This document shows, in pieces, positions 40,348 through 50,717 of a stretch of 64,000 nt of DNA (position 1 is the first letter of the stretch; each line of letters opens with the position of its first letter). Source of the DNA: Acidobacteriota bacterium. GTDB lineage: Bacteria > Acidobacteriota > UBA6911 > RPQK01 > JAJDTT01. The stretch covers positions 3,872,001 to 3,936,000 of the forward strand of contig CBDCJH010000002.1 in the NCBI GenBank assembly GCA_965217775.1, in the 5' to 3' direction. Under the pieces are notes generated by a model. That model was not told where the DNA came from and made no database searches. It worked only from the letters and a program-made list of their open reading frames with translations. The position numbers and the translations under genes are program-made.

Positions 40348-41220
40348 ATGGACACTTCTTTCACCAACAGTCGAGAAAGCCTGGAGCGGGCGAACCGCGT
40401 CCTGGAGGGCCATTGGACCAGTCTGACCCGGCCCCAGCAGTTTCGCTCCCTCGAGTTGGAGGGTTTCGTCGTCGTTCCTGATCTGCTGAGCGAGGAACTG
40501 GTGGAGGAGATCCGCGAGGAGACTTCCAGGCTCCCCACCACGGCGGTCGATTACAGCGAGCATCAGCGGTACTTGTCCGATGTGCAGTGGACCGACTCAC
40601 CCCGATCCACCTCGGTCATTGCTCTGCCGGCCACGGTGGAGTTGCTGGAAGAGCTCTTGGGCGACGAGCTGATCTGCACCTCGTGCACGTACGCCGAATC
40701 CAGGCCGGGCCACCCGGGAATCTCCTTTCACACCGATGCCCAGCCCTACGGGAACAAGACCTCCGGAGTTCTGACCAGCTCGCCCTGTCTGGTCCGCGTC
40801 CTCTACTACCTGGACGACCTGACTCCGGAGTGCTCCCCCTTCAAGGTGATTCCACGCTCTCACCTGTCGCTGCACAGCGACGCCAACCCCTACAACCGCT
40901 ACCTTTCCCACGACGATGAGTTGATGGTGACCTGCCGCGCCGGCTCGGCGGTGATCATCAACCAGAAGGTGTTTCACGGCAATTTCCCCAACTACAGCGA
41001 CCGGATCCGCCGCATGCTGGCCATCGCCTACCGGCCCACTTGGGCGGGTCCCATAGACGACGTTCCGGAGCGCGACCCGGAGAAGGTGGCCGGTCTCCCT
41101 CCGGCCGTCCGAAAATATTTCAGAAGTCTCAACACGCGGAACATTAATTTCGATCTGCCGAACCGCCCGGACAACATGGCGAGGCATGCCGCGGGCATTT
41201 CGCCTGGGCGCTGGGGCTGA
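40348..41220 (+). CDS. PhyH family dioxygenase, tandem copy 2
   Basis: 290 aa from MDTSF, collinear with copy 1. Confidence 0.88.
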   Translation: MDTSFTNSRESLERANRVLEGHWTSLTRPQQFRSLELEGFVVVPDLLSEELVEEIREETSRLPTTAVDYSEHQRYLSDVQWTDSPRSTSVIALPATVELLEELLGDELICTSCTYAESRPGHPGISFHTDAQPYGNKTSGVLTSSPCLVRVLYYLDDLTPECSPFKVIPRSHLSLHSDANPYNRYLSHDDELMVTCRAGSAVIINQKVFHGNFPNYSDRIRRMLAIAYRPTWAGPIDDVPERDPEKVAGLPPAVRKYFRSLNTRNINFDLPNRPDNMARHAAGISPGRWG

Positions 41221-41333
41221 TCCCGGGATATGGGAGGACGGGACGCCGCGATTCCTCGCCTGGATTCAGGCGGACCTGGCCCCAGACGGAGTAGACTCAG
41301 ACCAGGAAGAACGAAGGGAGGATAGTTAGAGAA

Positions 41334-42206
41334 ATGGATACTGCTTTCACCAACAGTCGAGAAAACCTGGAGCGGGCGAACCGGGTCCCGGAAAGCCATT
41401 GGCACGGTCTGACCCGCGCCCAGCAGTTTCGTTCCCTCGAGTTGGAGGGTTTCGTCGTCATTCCGGATCTGCTTAGCGAGGAACTGATGGAGGAGATCCG
41501 GGAGGAAACCTCCAGGGTTCCCACCACGGCAGTCGATTACAGCCCCCATCAGCGGGGCTGTCCCGATCTCCAGTGGACCGACTCGCCCCGAGCCACGTCG
41601 GTGATCGCCCTGCCGGCCACGGTGGAGTTCGTGGAAGAGCTCTTCGGAGACGAGTTGATCTGCACCTCCTGCCAATATGCCGAGTCCAGGCCGGGCCACC
41701 CGGGAATCGCCATTCACACCGATTCCCAGCCCTACGGTTCCAAGATCTTCGGAGTCCAGGCCAGTTCCCCCTGCCTGGTCCGCGTCCTCTACTACCTTGA
41801 CGACCTGACCCCGGAATGCTCCCCCTTCAAGGTGATTCCGCGCTCCCACCTGTCGCTGCACCGCGACGCCAACCCCTACAACCGGTACCTTTCCCACCAC
41901 GATGAGTTGATGGTGACCTGCCGGGCCGGCTCGGCGGCGATCATCAACCAGAAGGTGTTTCACGCCAACTACCCCAACTACAGCGACCGGACTCGCCGCA
42001 TGCTGGCCATCGCCTACCGGCCCACCTGGGCCGGTCCCATAGACGATGTTCCGGAGCGCGATCCGGACAAGGTGGCCGGTCTCCCACCGGCCGTCCAGAA
42101 ATATTTCAGGAGCCTCAACACGAGGAACATCGATTTCGATCTGCCGAACCGCCCCGACAACATGGCGAGGCATGCCACGGGCATCTCGCCCGGCCGCTGG
42201 AGTTGA
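41334..42206 (+). CDS. PhyH family dioxygenase, tandem copy 3
   Basis: 290 aa, collinear with copies 1 and 2. Confidence 0.88.
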   Translation: MDTAFTNSRENLERANRVPESHWHGLTRAQQFRSLELEGFVVIPDLLSEELMEEIREETSRVPTTAVDYSPHQRGCPDLQWTDSPRATSVIALPATVEFVEELFGDELICTSCQYAESRPGHPGIAIHTDSQPYGSKIFGVQASSPCLVRVLYYLDDLTPECSPFKVIPRSHLSLHRDANPYNRYLSHHDELMVTCRAGSAAIINQKVFHANYPNYSDRTRRMLAIAYRPTWAGPIDDVPERDPDKVAGLPPAVQKYFRSLNTRNIDFDLPNRPDNMARHATGISPGRWS

Positions 42207-42292
42207 TTCGGGATACCCAGAGGACGGGCCGCTGGCCTTCGCCATCCGGAGGGGAGCGGACCTTTCTCCAAAAAAGGAGAAGGACTCAGACC

Positions 42293-43051
42293 ATGAAGAA
42301 CGAAGGGAAGATCGCCATCGTCACGGGGGCCGGATCGGGAATCGGCCGGCACACCACCTGGGCTCTGCTGCGTTCCGGATTCAGTGTCGCTCTGGCGGGA
42401 AGGCGCCTGGAAGCCCTGGAAGAGACGGCCCGCCTGGCGGGACCGGACGGCTCCCGAACCCTGGCGGTCTCGACCGACGTGAGCGACCCCGAAGCGGTCT
42501 CGAACCTCTACTCCCGAACCCGGGAAACCTTCGGCCGGCTCGATCTCCTCTTCAACAACGCCGGAATCTCGGCTCCCGCGGTTCTGCTGGAGGATCTGAC
42601 CTACGAACAGTGGCAGTCGGTGGTCGGTGTCAACCTGACCGGCTCCTTCCTCTGCACCCGGGAAGCGTTCCGCATGATGAAGAGTCAGGACCCCATGGGG
42701 GGGCGAATCATCAACAACGGCTCGGTTTCGGCCCAGGTGCCCCGCGTCAATTCGGCACCTTATACTTCCACCAAGCACGCCATCACCGGCCTGACCCGAT
42801 CCACCTCTCTGGACGGCCGCAAGTACAACATCGCCTGCGGCCAGATCGACATCGGAAACGCGCTGACCGAAATGACCCGGAGAATGCAGACGGGAGTCCC
42901 GCAGGCCAACGGAACCGTCATGGTCGAGCCCAACATGGACGTGGACGACATCGCCGACGCGGTCGTCTACATGGCCAGCCTGCCGCTGGACGCCAACGTT
43001 CAGTTCATGACCGTGATGGCGACCAAGATGCCCCTCGTCGGCCGCGGTTGA
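42293..43051 (+). CDS. SDR family oxidoreductase
   Basis: [28 protein letters not shown]. Confidence 0.92.
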   Translation: MKNEGKIAIVTGAGSGIGRHTTWALLRSGFSVALAGRRLEALEETARLAGPDGSRTLAVSTDVSDPEAVSNLYSRTRETFGRLDLLFNNAGISAPAVLLEDLTYEQWQSVVGVNLTGSFLCTREAFRMMKSQDPMGGRIINNGSVSAQVPRVNSAPYTSTKHAITGLTRSTSLDGRKYNIACGQIDIGNALTEMTRRMQTGVPQANGTVMVEPNMDVDDIADAVVYMASLPLDANVQFMTVMATKMPLVGRG

Positions 43052-43082
43052 CGAGCCGGCATACCCGGGCCGGCCATCGCTG

Positions 43083-44231
43083 TCAGATTGCGGCGTCGAT
43101 CCCCCGGCGGGTTTCGGCGATCACCAGATCGACCACGGAGCGCAAGGCTTCCATCTTGGTGGCCCCGTCCAGACGGAAGAGGCGGTAGTGGTCGAGTTGC
43201 CGGTCGGCGCTGCTCCCTTGCCGGATGATGGAGGACACGCGCCCCAGCTCCTCCTGGCAGCCGAGTGCCCGGGCGTCGCCATCCAGTTCCTCCAGCAGCC
43301 CCAGGGCGTAGTCGTTGATGTCCGTGCGCCCGCCGCGGCGAGTGTCGCCGAGGAACGCGAAGGCTCCGTAGCGCTGCGCCAGCCAGCGATTCTCGGCGAT
43401 GATCTCGGTGCGGGGCTCCGGGGGCAGGGCGCCGGCTCGATCCTGCCGCAGCAGCCATCGGATGAGGGATGCGTAGAGCGCCGCGATGCAGACCGCATCG
43501 TCGATGAGCGGGCAGACGTCGCAGATGCGCATCTCCACCGTGGGATGGAGGTCGGCGGGCCGAATGTCCCACCACAGCTCGTTGCCGCCCTCGATGAACT
43601 GCATGCGCTTGTAGTCCGCCACGAGCCGGTCGTATTCCTCCCGGGAATGCAGCGGGGCGGGGAGGCTGGTGCGCGGGAGCACTCCGAAAAGACTCAGCCG
43701 ATACGACTTGAACCCGGTGAGGTGTCCCGCGTTGAACGGGGACGAGGTGGACAGGGCGTGGAGCAGAGGCAGGTACTGACGGAGGGCGGTCATGACGCGG
43801 ATCCTTTCATCCGGGTCGCCAAAGCCGGCGTGGATGTGCATGCCGCCGATGAGCAGCCGCCGTACGGCCTCCTGGAACGTGACCACGAACCGCTCGTACC
43901 GTTTCTTGGGCGTGGGCATCTGCGCGGTCCACGACGCGAAGGGATGGGTGGACGCTGCCAGCACCGCCGCACCGTGCTGCGCCGCCGCCTCGGTCACCAG
44001 CCGCCGGGTCTCCACCAACGCCTCACGGACTTCGGCCACGGAAGCGCAGACCCGGGTGTTGGTCTCGATCTGGGAGCGGAGAAACTCGGTCACCACCTTG
44101 TGCGGTCCTCGATTCTGCTCGCAGGCGTCGTAGATGCCCGGGTCGGGATCGGAAACCATGTCGCGGGTCTCGGGGTCGACGAGGAAGAACTCCTCTTCGA
44201 TGCCGAGTGTGATTTCGAGGTCCTTGCTCAT
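43083..44231 (-). CDS. Carboxylate-amine ligase (YbdK/GCS2 family)
   Basis: TLGIEEEFFLVDP, GGMHIHAG, ALSTSSPF, WWDIRP, TVEMRICD. Confidence 0.92.
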   Translation of the reverse strand: MSKDLEITLGIEEEFFLVDPETRDMVSDPDPGIYDACEQNRGPHKVVTEFLRSQIETNTRVCASVAEVREALVETRRLVTEAAAQHGAAVLAASTHPFASWTAQMPTPKKRYERFVVTFQEAVRRLLIGGMHIHAGFGDPDERIRVMTALRQYLPLLHALSTSSPFNAGHLTGFKSYRLSLFGVLPRTSLPAPLHSREEYDRLVADYKRMQFIEGGNELWWDIRPADLHPTVEMRICDVCPLIDDAVCIAALYASLIRWLLRQDRAGALPPEPRTEIIAENRWLAQRYGAFAFLGDTRRGGRTDINDYALGLLEELDGDARALGCQEELGRVSSIIRQGSSADRQLDHYRLFRLDGATKMEALRSVVDLVIAETRRGIDAAI

Positions 44232-44464
44232 GGCGTTCAATTCGGATCCATGCCGATCGACAGCGAGGGTGGGAACGTCGGGGTCGTCCAGTAGATTTCT
44301 ATTGGATTCAGCATATGTCTCACCGTCCTGGAACTGGAGCCGTTCCGGCAAGACGAATTACCGGCACGTCACGATGAAGGCCAATCCGTCGATCCGGCGA
44401 TTTCCAATCTGGAACGTCAATTGAGGTCAACGACCAACGGCATCTGCTCCGGTACGAAGAGAGA

Positions 44465-45232
44465 ATGGTAACACAGCACGTCCCTGGCCGATCCTCGCTG
44501 GGAGCAGGGTTTCGCCGACGTTCAACGGCGATTCCGAGCGTCTGGCTCTGCGCTCTGCTCGCGGCCGTGCTGGCCCTCAGCGCGTGCGGCGGCCGCAAGA
44601 AAATCAAGCTCCCGCCGCCCGTCGAAGCCAAGAGGGGGTGGTCCGAGGTCGGCATCGCCAGTTGGTACGGGTATCCCTACCACGGGCGTAAGACCAGCAA
44701 CGGTGAGACCTACGACATGAACAAGATGACGGCCGCCCATACGCGGCTGCCGTTCGGCACTTGGATCAACGTCGAGAATCTCCGGAACCGAAGGTCCACA
44801 CAGGTCCGGATCAATGATCGGGGGCCGTTTACCGCCCGGTACATCATCGATCTTTCCCGGGCCGCCGCTTCGGAAATCCAGATGATCGGGGCCGGCACGG
44901 TCCGGGTTCGTCTCACGGTGATCAACGGTCCCAATACAAAACGCAGAAGCTCGAAGCGCAGTACGCGCTCCGTAACCTCGCGGCCGGCGTCTCCCAGAGG
45001 CGGGTACGAAATTCAGATCGGTGTCTTCAAGAGCCAGGCGAATGCCAAGACGCTGGCCTGGGCGGCCAACCAGAAAGGCCACAGTGCCGAGATCAAACCA
45101 TTCCGGCGAGGCGGCCCGAGACTCTACCGCGTCGTGGTTGCGGGAGGAACCCGGGAGGCGGCGAACAAGCGCCTTCGGAAGCTCAAGAGCCAGGGTTTCA
45201 AGGGGTTCGTGAGACAACGTCGAGGCAATTAG
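44465..45232 (+). CDS. rlpA: Septal ring lytic transglycosylase RlpA family lipoprotein with SPOR domain
   Basis: Lipobox LSAC, GIASWYG, TAAHTRLPFGT, RINDRGPF, IIDLS. Confidence 0.9.
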   Translation: MVTQHVPGRSSLGAGFRRRSTAIPSVWLCALLAAVLALSACGGRKKIKLPPPVEAKRGWSEVGIASWYGYPYHGRKTSNGETYDMNKMTAAHTRLPFGTWINVENLRNRRSTQVRINDRGPFTARYIIDLSRAAASEIQMIGAGTVRVRLTVINGPNTKRRSSKRSTRSVTSRPASPRGGYEIQIGVFKSQANAKTLAWAANQKGHSAEIKPFRRGGPRLYRVVVAGGTREAANKRLRKLKSQGFKGFVRQRRGN

Positions 45233-45254
45233 GGACAGCGTGCCGCTTACCGCC

Positions 45255-47384
45255 CTATGGTGCCTCGGGCAAGGCGAAGGTCACGTAGGTGTCTCCGGAC
45301 GGAGTGCCCATCTTGCCTCCACCGGCGGCGATGACGACGTACTGCCGGCCCCGGACCGAATACGTGGCGGGTGTGGCGTAGCCGCCCGAGGGCAGCCGGA
45401 CCTCCCAGAGAATCTCTCCGGTATCGGTGTCGAACGCGCGGAAACGCTCGTCCATGGTCGCGCCGATGAAGAGCAAGCCGCCGGCGGTGACGACAGGCCC
45501 GCCGTAGTTCGTGGTTCCAGTGGGTGGAATTCCGCGCTCGGTCAGCTCATCCAGGCGCCCCAGCGGCACCTGCCAGACGAGGGTCCCTGCATTGAGATCG
45601 AGAGCCGTCAACTGGCCCCATGGGGGCTTGATGGCCGGGTACCCGTCCGGGTCCAGGAAGTGATTGTATCCCGTGAACGTGTAGGGGATCCGGCCTTCGG
45701 TGACGGCCCATGGCGGCACGTTGTCGGCGTCGGCGCCGGCGAGAAAATCGACCACCGCGTCCAACTCCAGGTCCGAGAGTCGCGGCATGGGCGCCATCCG
45801 GCCCACTCCCCGCCGGATCAGATCCCGGGTTTCCTTGCGAGGATAGACCTGCTCCAAGGGGAGCGGAGGGTTGTTGTGGCGCGGACTGCCTTGCCGCCGG
45901 TCCCCGTGGCAGCCGGCGCAGTGGACCTGATAGACCCGGGCTCCGGGTGACGGCTCCGGAAGTTGCCGATCCTTCGTGGAGACCATGGTCAGGATCCACG
46001 GCATCTCGGTGGAATTGACGTACAACCTGCCGTTGGAAGCGTCGAAGGCCGCGCCGCCCCATTCGGCGCCACCGTTGAATCCGGGAAAGACGAGCGTCCC
46101 CTGAGTGCTAGGCGGTTCATACATGTTGCCCCGGCGGACCTGGCGAAAGCGTTCGAGCACGGCGGCGCGGGCGCGTGGAGAGAGGTCCGTGACGTCCGCT
46201 TCGGTGAAGGACTGACGGGAGAAGGGGGGCGGTTTGAGGGGAAACGGCTGCGTGGGCCATGCTTGTTCCCCGGCCAGGTCCGAGGGGGGCGCCGGCCTCT
46301 CCTCCACCGGAAACAGCGGTTCACCCGTATCCCGGTCCAAGACGAAAACGTCTCCCCACTTCGTGATCTGGGCGACGGCATCGATCCTCCTGCCCTCCCG
46401 GTTCAGTGTGACCAGATTGGGGGGCGCGGGCAGGTCCCGGTCCCACAGATCGTGGTGCACGGCCTGGAAATGCCACCGGAGCTCTCCAGTGCCGGCGGCG
46501 AGGGCCAGGACGCAATCGCCGTAAAGGTTCTTTCCCTTCCGGTCCCCGCCCCAGAAGTCGAAGGACGGGGATCCGGTGGCGGCGAAGACCATTCCGCGTT
46601 TTTCATCCACCGTCATCCCGGCCCAGGCGTTGGCTCCGCCGGCGTAGGTCCAGGCATCCGCCGGCCAGGTCTCGTGTCCCTTCTCACCCGGCCGCGGAAT
46701 GGTATGGAAGGTCCATCGGAGCTGTCCCGTCCGGACGTCGAAGGCTCGAATGTGTCCGGGCATGGCGGGTCCGGGCCCCTCTCCCACCCGGCTGCCCACG
46801 ATCAGGAGGTCCTGGTACAGGGCGGGCGGGGTAGTCAACACGACCCAGGCCTCTTCAAGGTCTTCGGCTCCCAAGCCGGCCCTCAGGTCGATTCGGCCGT
46901 TGTCCCCGAAGGACCGTGCCGGGAGCCCGGTTGCGGCGTCCAACGCGAAGAGCAGATGCCCGGCGGGATAGAAGATCCTCTGCTCGGAGCCGCCTTCCCA
47001 GTAGACAAGGCCCCGATTCACGCTCGTCGAGTTGAGTCCGGCCTCTTCGGCCGGATCGTAGACCCAGATCTCCCGGCCTGTCGCCGCATCCAGACAGAAG
47101 GCCTTCAGCTTTGGCGAGGTGCCGAACAGACGGCCCCCGACGACGAGGGGATTGCACTGGATCTGGCTGGAATCGGTCTTGTCCCCGGTGCCGTAGGTCC
47201 AGGCGACCTGGAGCCGATGGACATTCTGCCGGTTGATCTGGTTCAAGAAGGAATAATGGGAGGCTGCGGCGTCCCCCAGGTAAACCGGCCAGTCCGACGG
47301 GTCCGCCTCACTCGACGGCCGGCAACCGGCCTGAGTCGTCAGACAGACGAAGACCAGGATCGGGAGAGCAAGGAGTATTCTCAT
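45255..47384 (-). CDS. PQQ-dependent glucose/quinate dehydrogenase-like protein with cytochrome c domain
   Basis: WPVYLG, GGANAW, VHHDLWDRD, CAGCH, PPWG, GRQYVVIAAGG. Confidence 0.9.
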   Translation of the reverse strand: MRILLALPILVFVCLTTQAGCRPSSEADPSDWPVYLGDAAASHYSFLNQINRQNVHRLQVAWTYGTGDKTDSSQIQCNPLVVGGRLFGTSPKLKAFCLDAATGREIWVYDPAEEAGLNSTSVNRGLVYWEGGSEQRIFYPAGHLLFALDAATGLPARSFGDNGRIDLRAGLGAEDLEEAWVVLTTPPALYQDLLIVGSRVGEGPGPAMPGHIRAFDVRTGQLRWTFHTIPRPGEKGHETWPADAWTYAGGANAWAGMTVDEKRGMVFAATGSPSFDFWGGDRKGKNLYGDCVLALAAGTGELRWHFQAVHHDLWDRDLPAPPNLVTLNREGRRIDAVAQITKWGDVFVLDRDTGEPLFPVEERPAPPSDLAGEQAWPTQPFPLKPPPFSRQSFTEADVTDLSPRARAAVLERFRQVRRGNMYEPPSTQGTLVFPGFNGGAEWGGAAFDASNGRLYVNSTEMPWILTMVSTKDRQLPEPSPGARVYQVHCAGCHGDRRQGSPRHNNPPLPLEQVYPRKETRDLIRRGVGRMAPMPRLSDLELDAVVDFLAGADADNVPPWAVTEGRIPYTFTGYNHFLDPDGYPAIKPPWGQLTALDLNAGTLVWQVPLGRLDELTERGIPPTGTTNYGGPVVTAGGLLFIGATMDERFRAFDTDTGEILWEVRLPSGGYATPATYSVRGRQYVVIAAGGGKMGTPSGDTYVTFALPEAP

Positions 47385-47535
47385 TTCGAACCGAAGACGG
47401 GGACCGTGCCGCTCGCGTCCAGTCTACTACCAACTGCGGGGACGAATCTCTTTCCAGTGGTCCGGCGGCGCACGAGGGGGTAGACGTTTCCGCCGGGCTC
47501 AGCTACAGGGCCAGGATCACCAATAGCAGACCCTA

Positions 47536-49173
47536 ATGAGAGAATTCCCGACTGATCTCATGAGGTTGCTTCATTTTGGGTGCCACGCTATCGCGACGGC
47601 TCTGCTACTGGTCCCGCTCCTGGGCTGCCCTCCGGCGGCTTCGTCTCCCGGCATGGAGCAACCCGCGGAGAAAGACACGGTTTCCGCCGGTGTCGAGATC
47701 GAAGAGCTGAGGCACAAAGCCCGGTGGCGCAAGCGGCGCCTCATCTTCAACAACGACGGAGACGATGCACTCTTCTTTCCGTCCGACCTTCCCGCCACGC
47801 CGAGGAACCTTCTGGAGCGACGGACCATCCCCGTCATCGGAACCCAGGTGGACACGATTTTCTATTGCACCACCCAGAGCATCGGTGCCTACACCCATCG
47901 CAGTGAGATCGCCGAACTCCTGGTGCGGGACCTGCCCAGAGAGGGATTTCGGAATCCGGTCGGGGAATTCGCCAAACAGGGTACGGACCCGTTGGAGATC
48001 GTAACGGAGCACTGTAGGAAAGAGGGGGTCGAGATCTTCGCCACCCTGCGCATGAACGATGTCCACGACAGTACCGACCGGTTTTCGGTCCTGGGTTCCA
48101 AGTTCAAGCGGAAAAACTCCCGTGCTCTTTTCGGGACCTCCCGAAAGCCGCCTCCCTACGGATACTGGTCGGGCGCCGATTTCAGTTGGAAGGTGATTCG
48201 GAACATGACTTTCCAGGTGTTGGAGGAGATGGCCTCCAACTACGACCTGGACGGCCTGGAACTCGACTTCTGGCGCCACCCTCCGTATTTCAAGACCTAT
48301 GCCTGGGGAGAACCGGTCACTCGCGAAGAAACGGAATCCATCACCCGGCTGATGCGCCGGGTCCGCAGGATGGCCGATGCCCGGGGCCGGGAGCGGGGAC
48401 GGCCACTGCTGATCGCGGTCCGGGTCATGGACTCGCCCGAGTTGAGTCAGGACATGGGGTTGGACCTGGTGACCTGGCTCCGGGAAGACCTGGTGGATCT
48501 GGTGATCGTCGGCGAGGTGGCGCTGGCGCCCTGGGAGGAGACCATCCGCCTGGCTCATCGTTACGGCGTGCCCGTCTATCCTTGCATCCGAAGGTCCATC
48601 ATCGGGGAAGAACGGGGATCACTGGAGTCGTTCCGGGCTCAGGCCCTGACGGCCTGGAAGCAGGGGGCCGACGGGATCTATCTCTTCAATCTCTTTCCCG
48701 ACGAGGACCATGACCGGAAGTATCGCGAGCTGGGAGACCCGAATGGCCTGGAGCGGCTGGACAAGCTCTACAGCCTGGACCCGGTGGGCCGGGAATCCTT
48801 CAAGCGGTACATCCACGACTTTGAGAAGTACAAGGCGCAAAAGCCGGTTTCTCCCCTCTCTCCGGTGGAGTTGGAACCGGACACGATCCATACCATCCCC
48901 ATGTACCTGGCCGACCGGTCCCTGAGTCAAGCCATCGTCGGCAAGCGTCCCCTGGTGCGGGCGCGCCTGCAACTGGAAAACCTGGATCCGGAGGTGGCCG
49001 TCCGGTTTTCGGTCAACGGTCATCGGTTGGAAACCAGCGAGCGCGTCCAGGACGAACTCCGCTACTCGATCTCGCCTACGCAACTGCACACGGGATACAA
49101 TCACTTCCGCATTTCCGTCCCGGCCGGCCCGGCGCCGCGCTTGAAGGACATCCTGGTAAACGTTCTCTACTGA
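47536..49173 (+). CDS. GHL10/DUF187-like TIM-barrel lipoprotein (related to 15203-16876)
   Basis: LLGC, IFNNDG, LRMNDVH, YDLDGLELDFWR, GADGIYLFN. Confidence 0.75.
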   Translation: MREFPTDLMRLLHFGCHAIATALLLVPLLGCPPAASSPGMEQPAEKDTVSAGVEIEELRHKARWRKRRLIFNNDGDDALFFPSDLPATPRNLLERRTIPVIGTQVDTIFYCTTQSIGAYTHRSEIAELLVRDLPREGFRNPVGEFAKQGTDPLEIVTEHCRKEGVEIFATLRMNDVHDSTDRFSVLGSKFKRKNSRALFGTSRKPPPYGYWSGADFSWKVIRNMTFQVLEEMASNYDLDGLELDFWRHPPYFKTYAWGEPVTREETESITRLMRRVRRMADARGRERGRPLLIAVRVMDSPELSQDMGLDLVTWLREDLVDLVIVGEVALAPWEETIRLAHRYGVPVYPCIRRSIIGEERGSLESFRAQALTAWKQGADGIYLFNLFPDEDHDRKYRELGDPNGLERLDKLYSLDPVGRESFKRYIHDFEKYKAQKPVSPLSPVELEPDTIHTIPMYLADRSLSQAIVGKRPLVRARLQLENLDPEVAVRFSVNGHRLETSERVQDELRYSISPTQLHTGYNHFRISVPAGPAPRLKDILVNVLY

Positions 49174-49233
49174 TCGGCCGGCGACTTGCCGTTTCGGTCG
49201 ATAAGTTCAAATCCGGACCGAGAGGAGGTCGAC

Positions 49234-49791
49234 ATGGTTTCGATCGTTTCACTTTGGCTGCCGGTGTTGCTTTCAGCGGTGCTGGTCTTCATCGTCAGCT
49301 CCATCATTCACATGGTTCTCCGGTACCACAGAGCGGACGTGGGAGCAGTTCCCGACGAGGCCGAGGTGATGGACGCACTCCGGCCGTTCAAGATCCCGCC
49401 GGGCGACTACTGCATTCCGCACGCTGCGGACTCTAATGAAATGAACTCGCTGGAATTCGTCGAGAAGACCAAAAGGGGACCAGTTGCCCTCGTTACGGTG
49501 CTGGCCAACCGGCCCGTGACCATGGGCAAGAGTCTCGCCCTATGGTTCTGCTATTGCGTGCTCGTCGGTGTCTTCGCCGGCTATGCCGCCGGATTGACGC
49601 TCGGACCGGGCGCCGAATACATGGCCGTCTTCAAAATGGTCAGCGTGGTCGCATTCGCAGGTTACTCGCTGGCGATCCTGCAGAGCGCCATCTGGTGGCA
49701 CCGAGGGTGGGGCTCCACGCTGCGCACCATGTTCGACGGTCTGATCTACTCCCTCCTGACGGCCGGAACCTTCGGCTGGCTCTGGCCCTGA
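49234..49791 (+). CDS. Hypothetical integral membrane protein
   Basis: GAGGAGG RBS, four hydrophobic segments, ends AGTFGWLWP. Confidence 0.75.
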   Translation: MVSIVSLWLPVLLSAVLVFIVSSIIHMVLRYHRADVGAVPDEAEVMDALRPFKIPPGDYCIPHAADSNEMNSLEFVEKTKRGPVALVTVLANRPVTMGKSLALWFCYCVLVGVFAGYAAGLTLGPGAEYMAVFKMVSVVAFAGYSLAILQSAIWWHRGWGSTLRTMFDGLIYSLLTAGTFGWLWP

Positions 49792-49819
49792 CCGGCGGCG
49801 GCAGAGGAGGCATTCGGGA

Positions 49820-50398
49820 ATGCCCATCGACGACGGCCAAGAACGCCCCATGGAGAACAGCTACTGGATTCAGCCAAGCCGTTTTGCGGCGGGCGAGTAC
49901 CCTGGTCATTGGGACCCGGTCTGGGCGTCCGAAAAAGTTCGCAAACTGCTGGACGCGGGAATCGACCACTTCATCGACCTGACGGAGCCGGGCGAGCTGG
50001 AGCCGTATTCTGGAATCGTCGCGAAGGAGGCCCGTCGACGCGGCTCGGAAATCGGGTGGGAGCGGCATCCCATCGTCGACCTGAGCATTCCGTCCTCCCC
50101 CGAGAAGATGGTCAAGATCCTCGATGCCATCGACGCCGCTCTCAGCGATGGCAAGACTCCTTACATCCACTGCTGGGGCGGTGTGGGAAGAACCGGCACC
50201 ACCGTGGGCTGTTGGTTGGTCCGGCACGGGCACACCGGTGAAGAAGCCCTCCGCCGGATCGCCGAGTGGTGGAAGGGAATGGAAAAAATCTACTATCACC
50301 CCAGATCGCCGGAAACCCGGGAACAGAGAGAATACGTCCGGTCCTGGCCCGAACCGTCGGCTCGCTCCGTGACTGGCAACCTGGGGGAGGCCCAATAG
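49820..50398 (+). CDS. Dual-specificity/tyrosine phosphatase family protein
   Basis: AGEYP, IHCWGGVGRTG (CX5R), SPETREQ. Confidence 0.88.
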   Translation: MPIDDGQERPMENSYWIQPSRFAAGEYPGHWDPVWASEKVRKLLDAGIDHFIDLTEPGELEPYSGIVAKEARRRGSEIGWERHPIVDLSIPSSPEKMVKILDAIDAALSDGKTPYIHCWGGVGRTGTTVGCWLVRHGHTGEEALRRIAEWWKGMEKIYYHPRSPETREQREYVRSWPEPSARSVTGNLGEAQ

Positions 50399-50717
50399 TC
50401 GGCCCGGCCAGCATGCCACCGCGGCTCCGCGGCATTGTTGCGAAGTAGGCTCTAGAAAGACTGTAACTAATTGTCACTTCTTGCGTTACTATCATCATGG
50501 TCTGCCGGATCTCCCCATTTCATCCTGCCAATGTCCATTGACACTAGGACGCCGTGAATCACTTTGAACGAGCCGGGAACTTCAAGTCTGCGGCATGGCC
50601 CTTAGTCGATCCCTCGCCCTCGTCTCTCACCCGACGGTAGCTGGGCGCTCGGAGGTGATAACACGAGAACTAGAACGGTAGTGGGCCGGCCCTGGATCCT
50701 TGCCTACGTTGAGCCAG

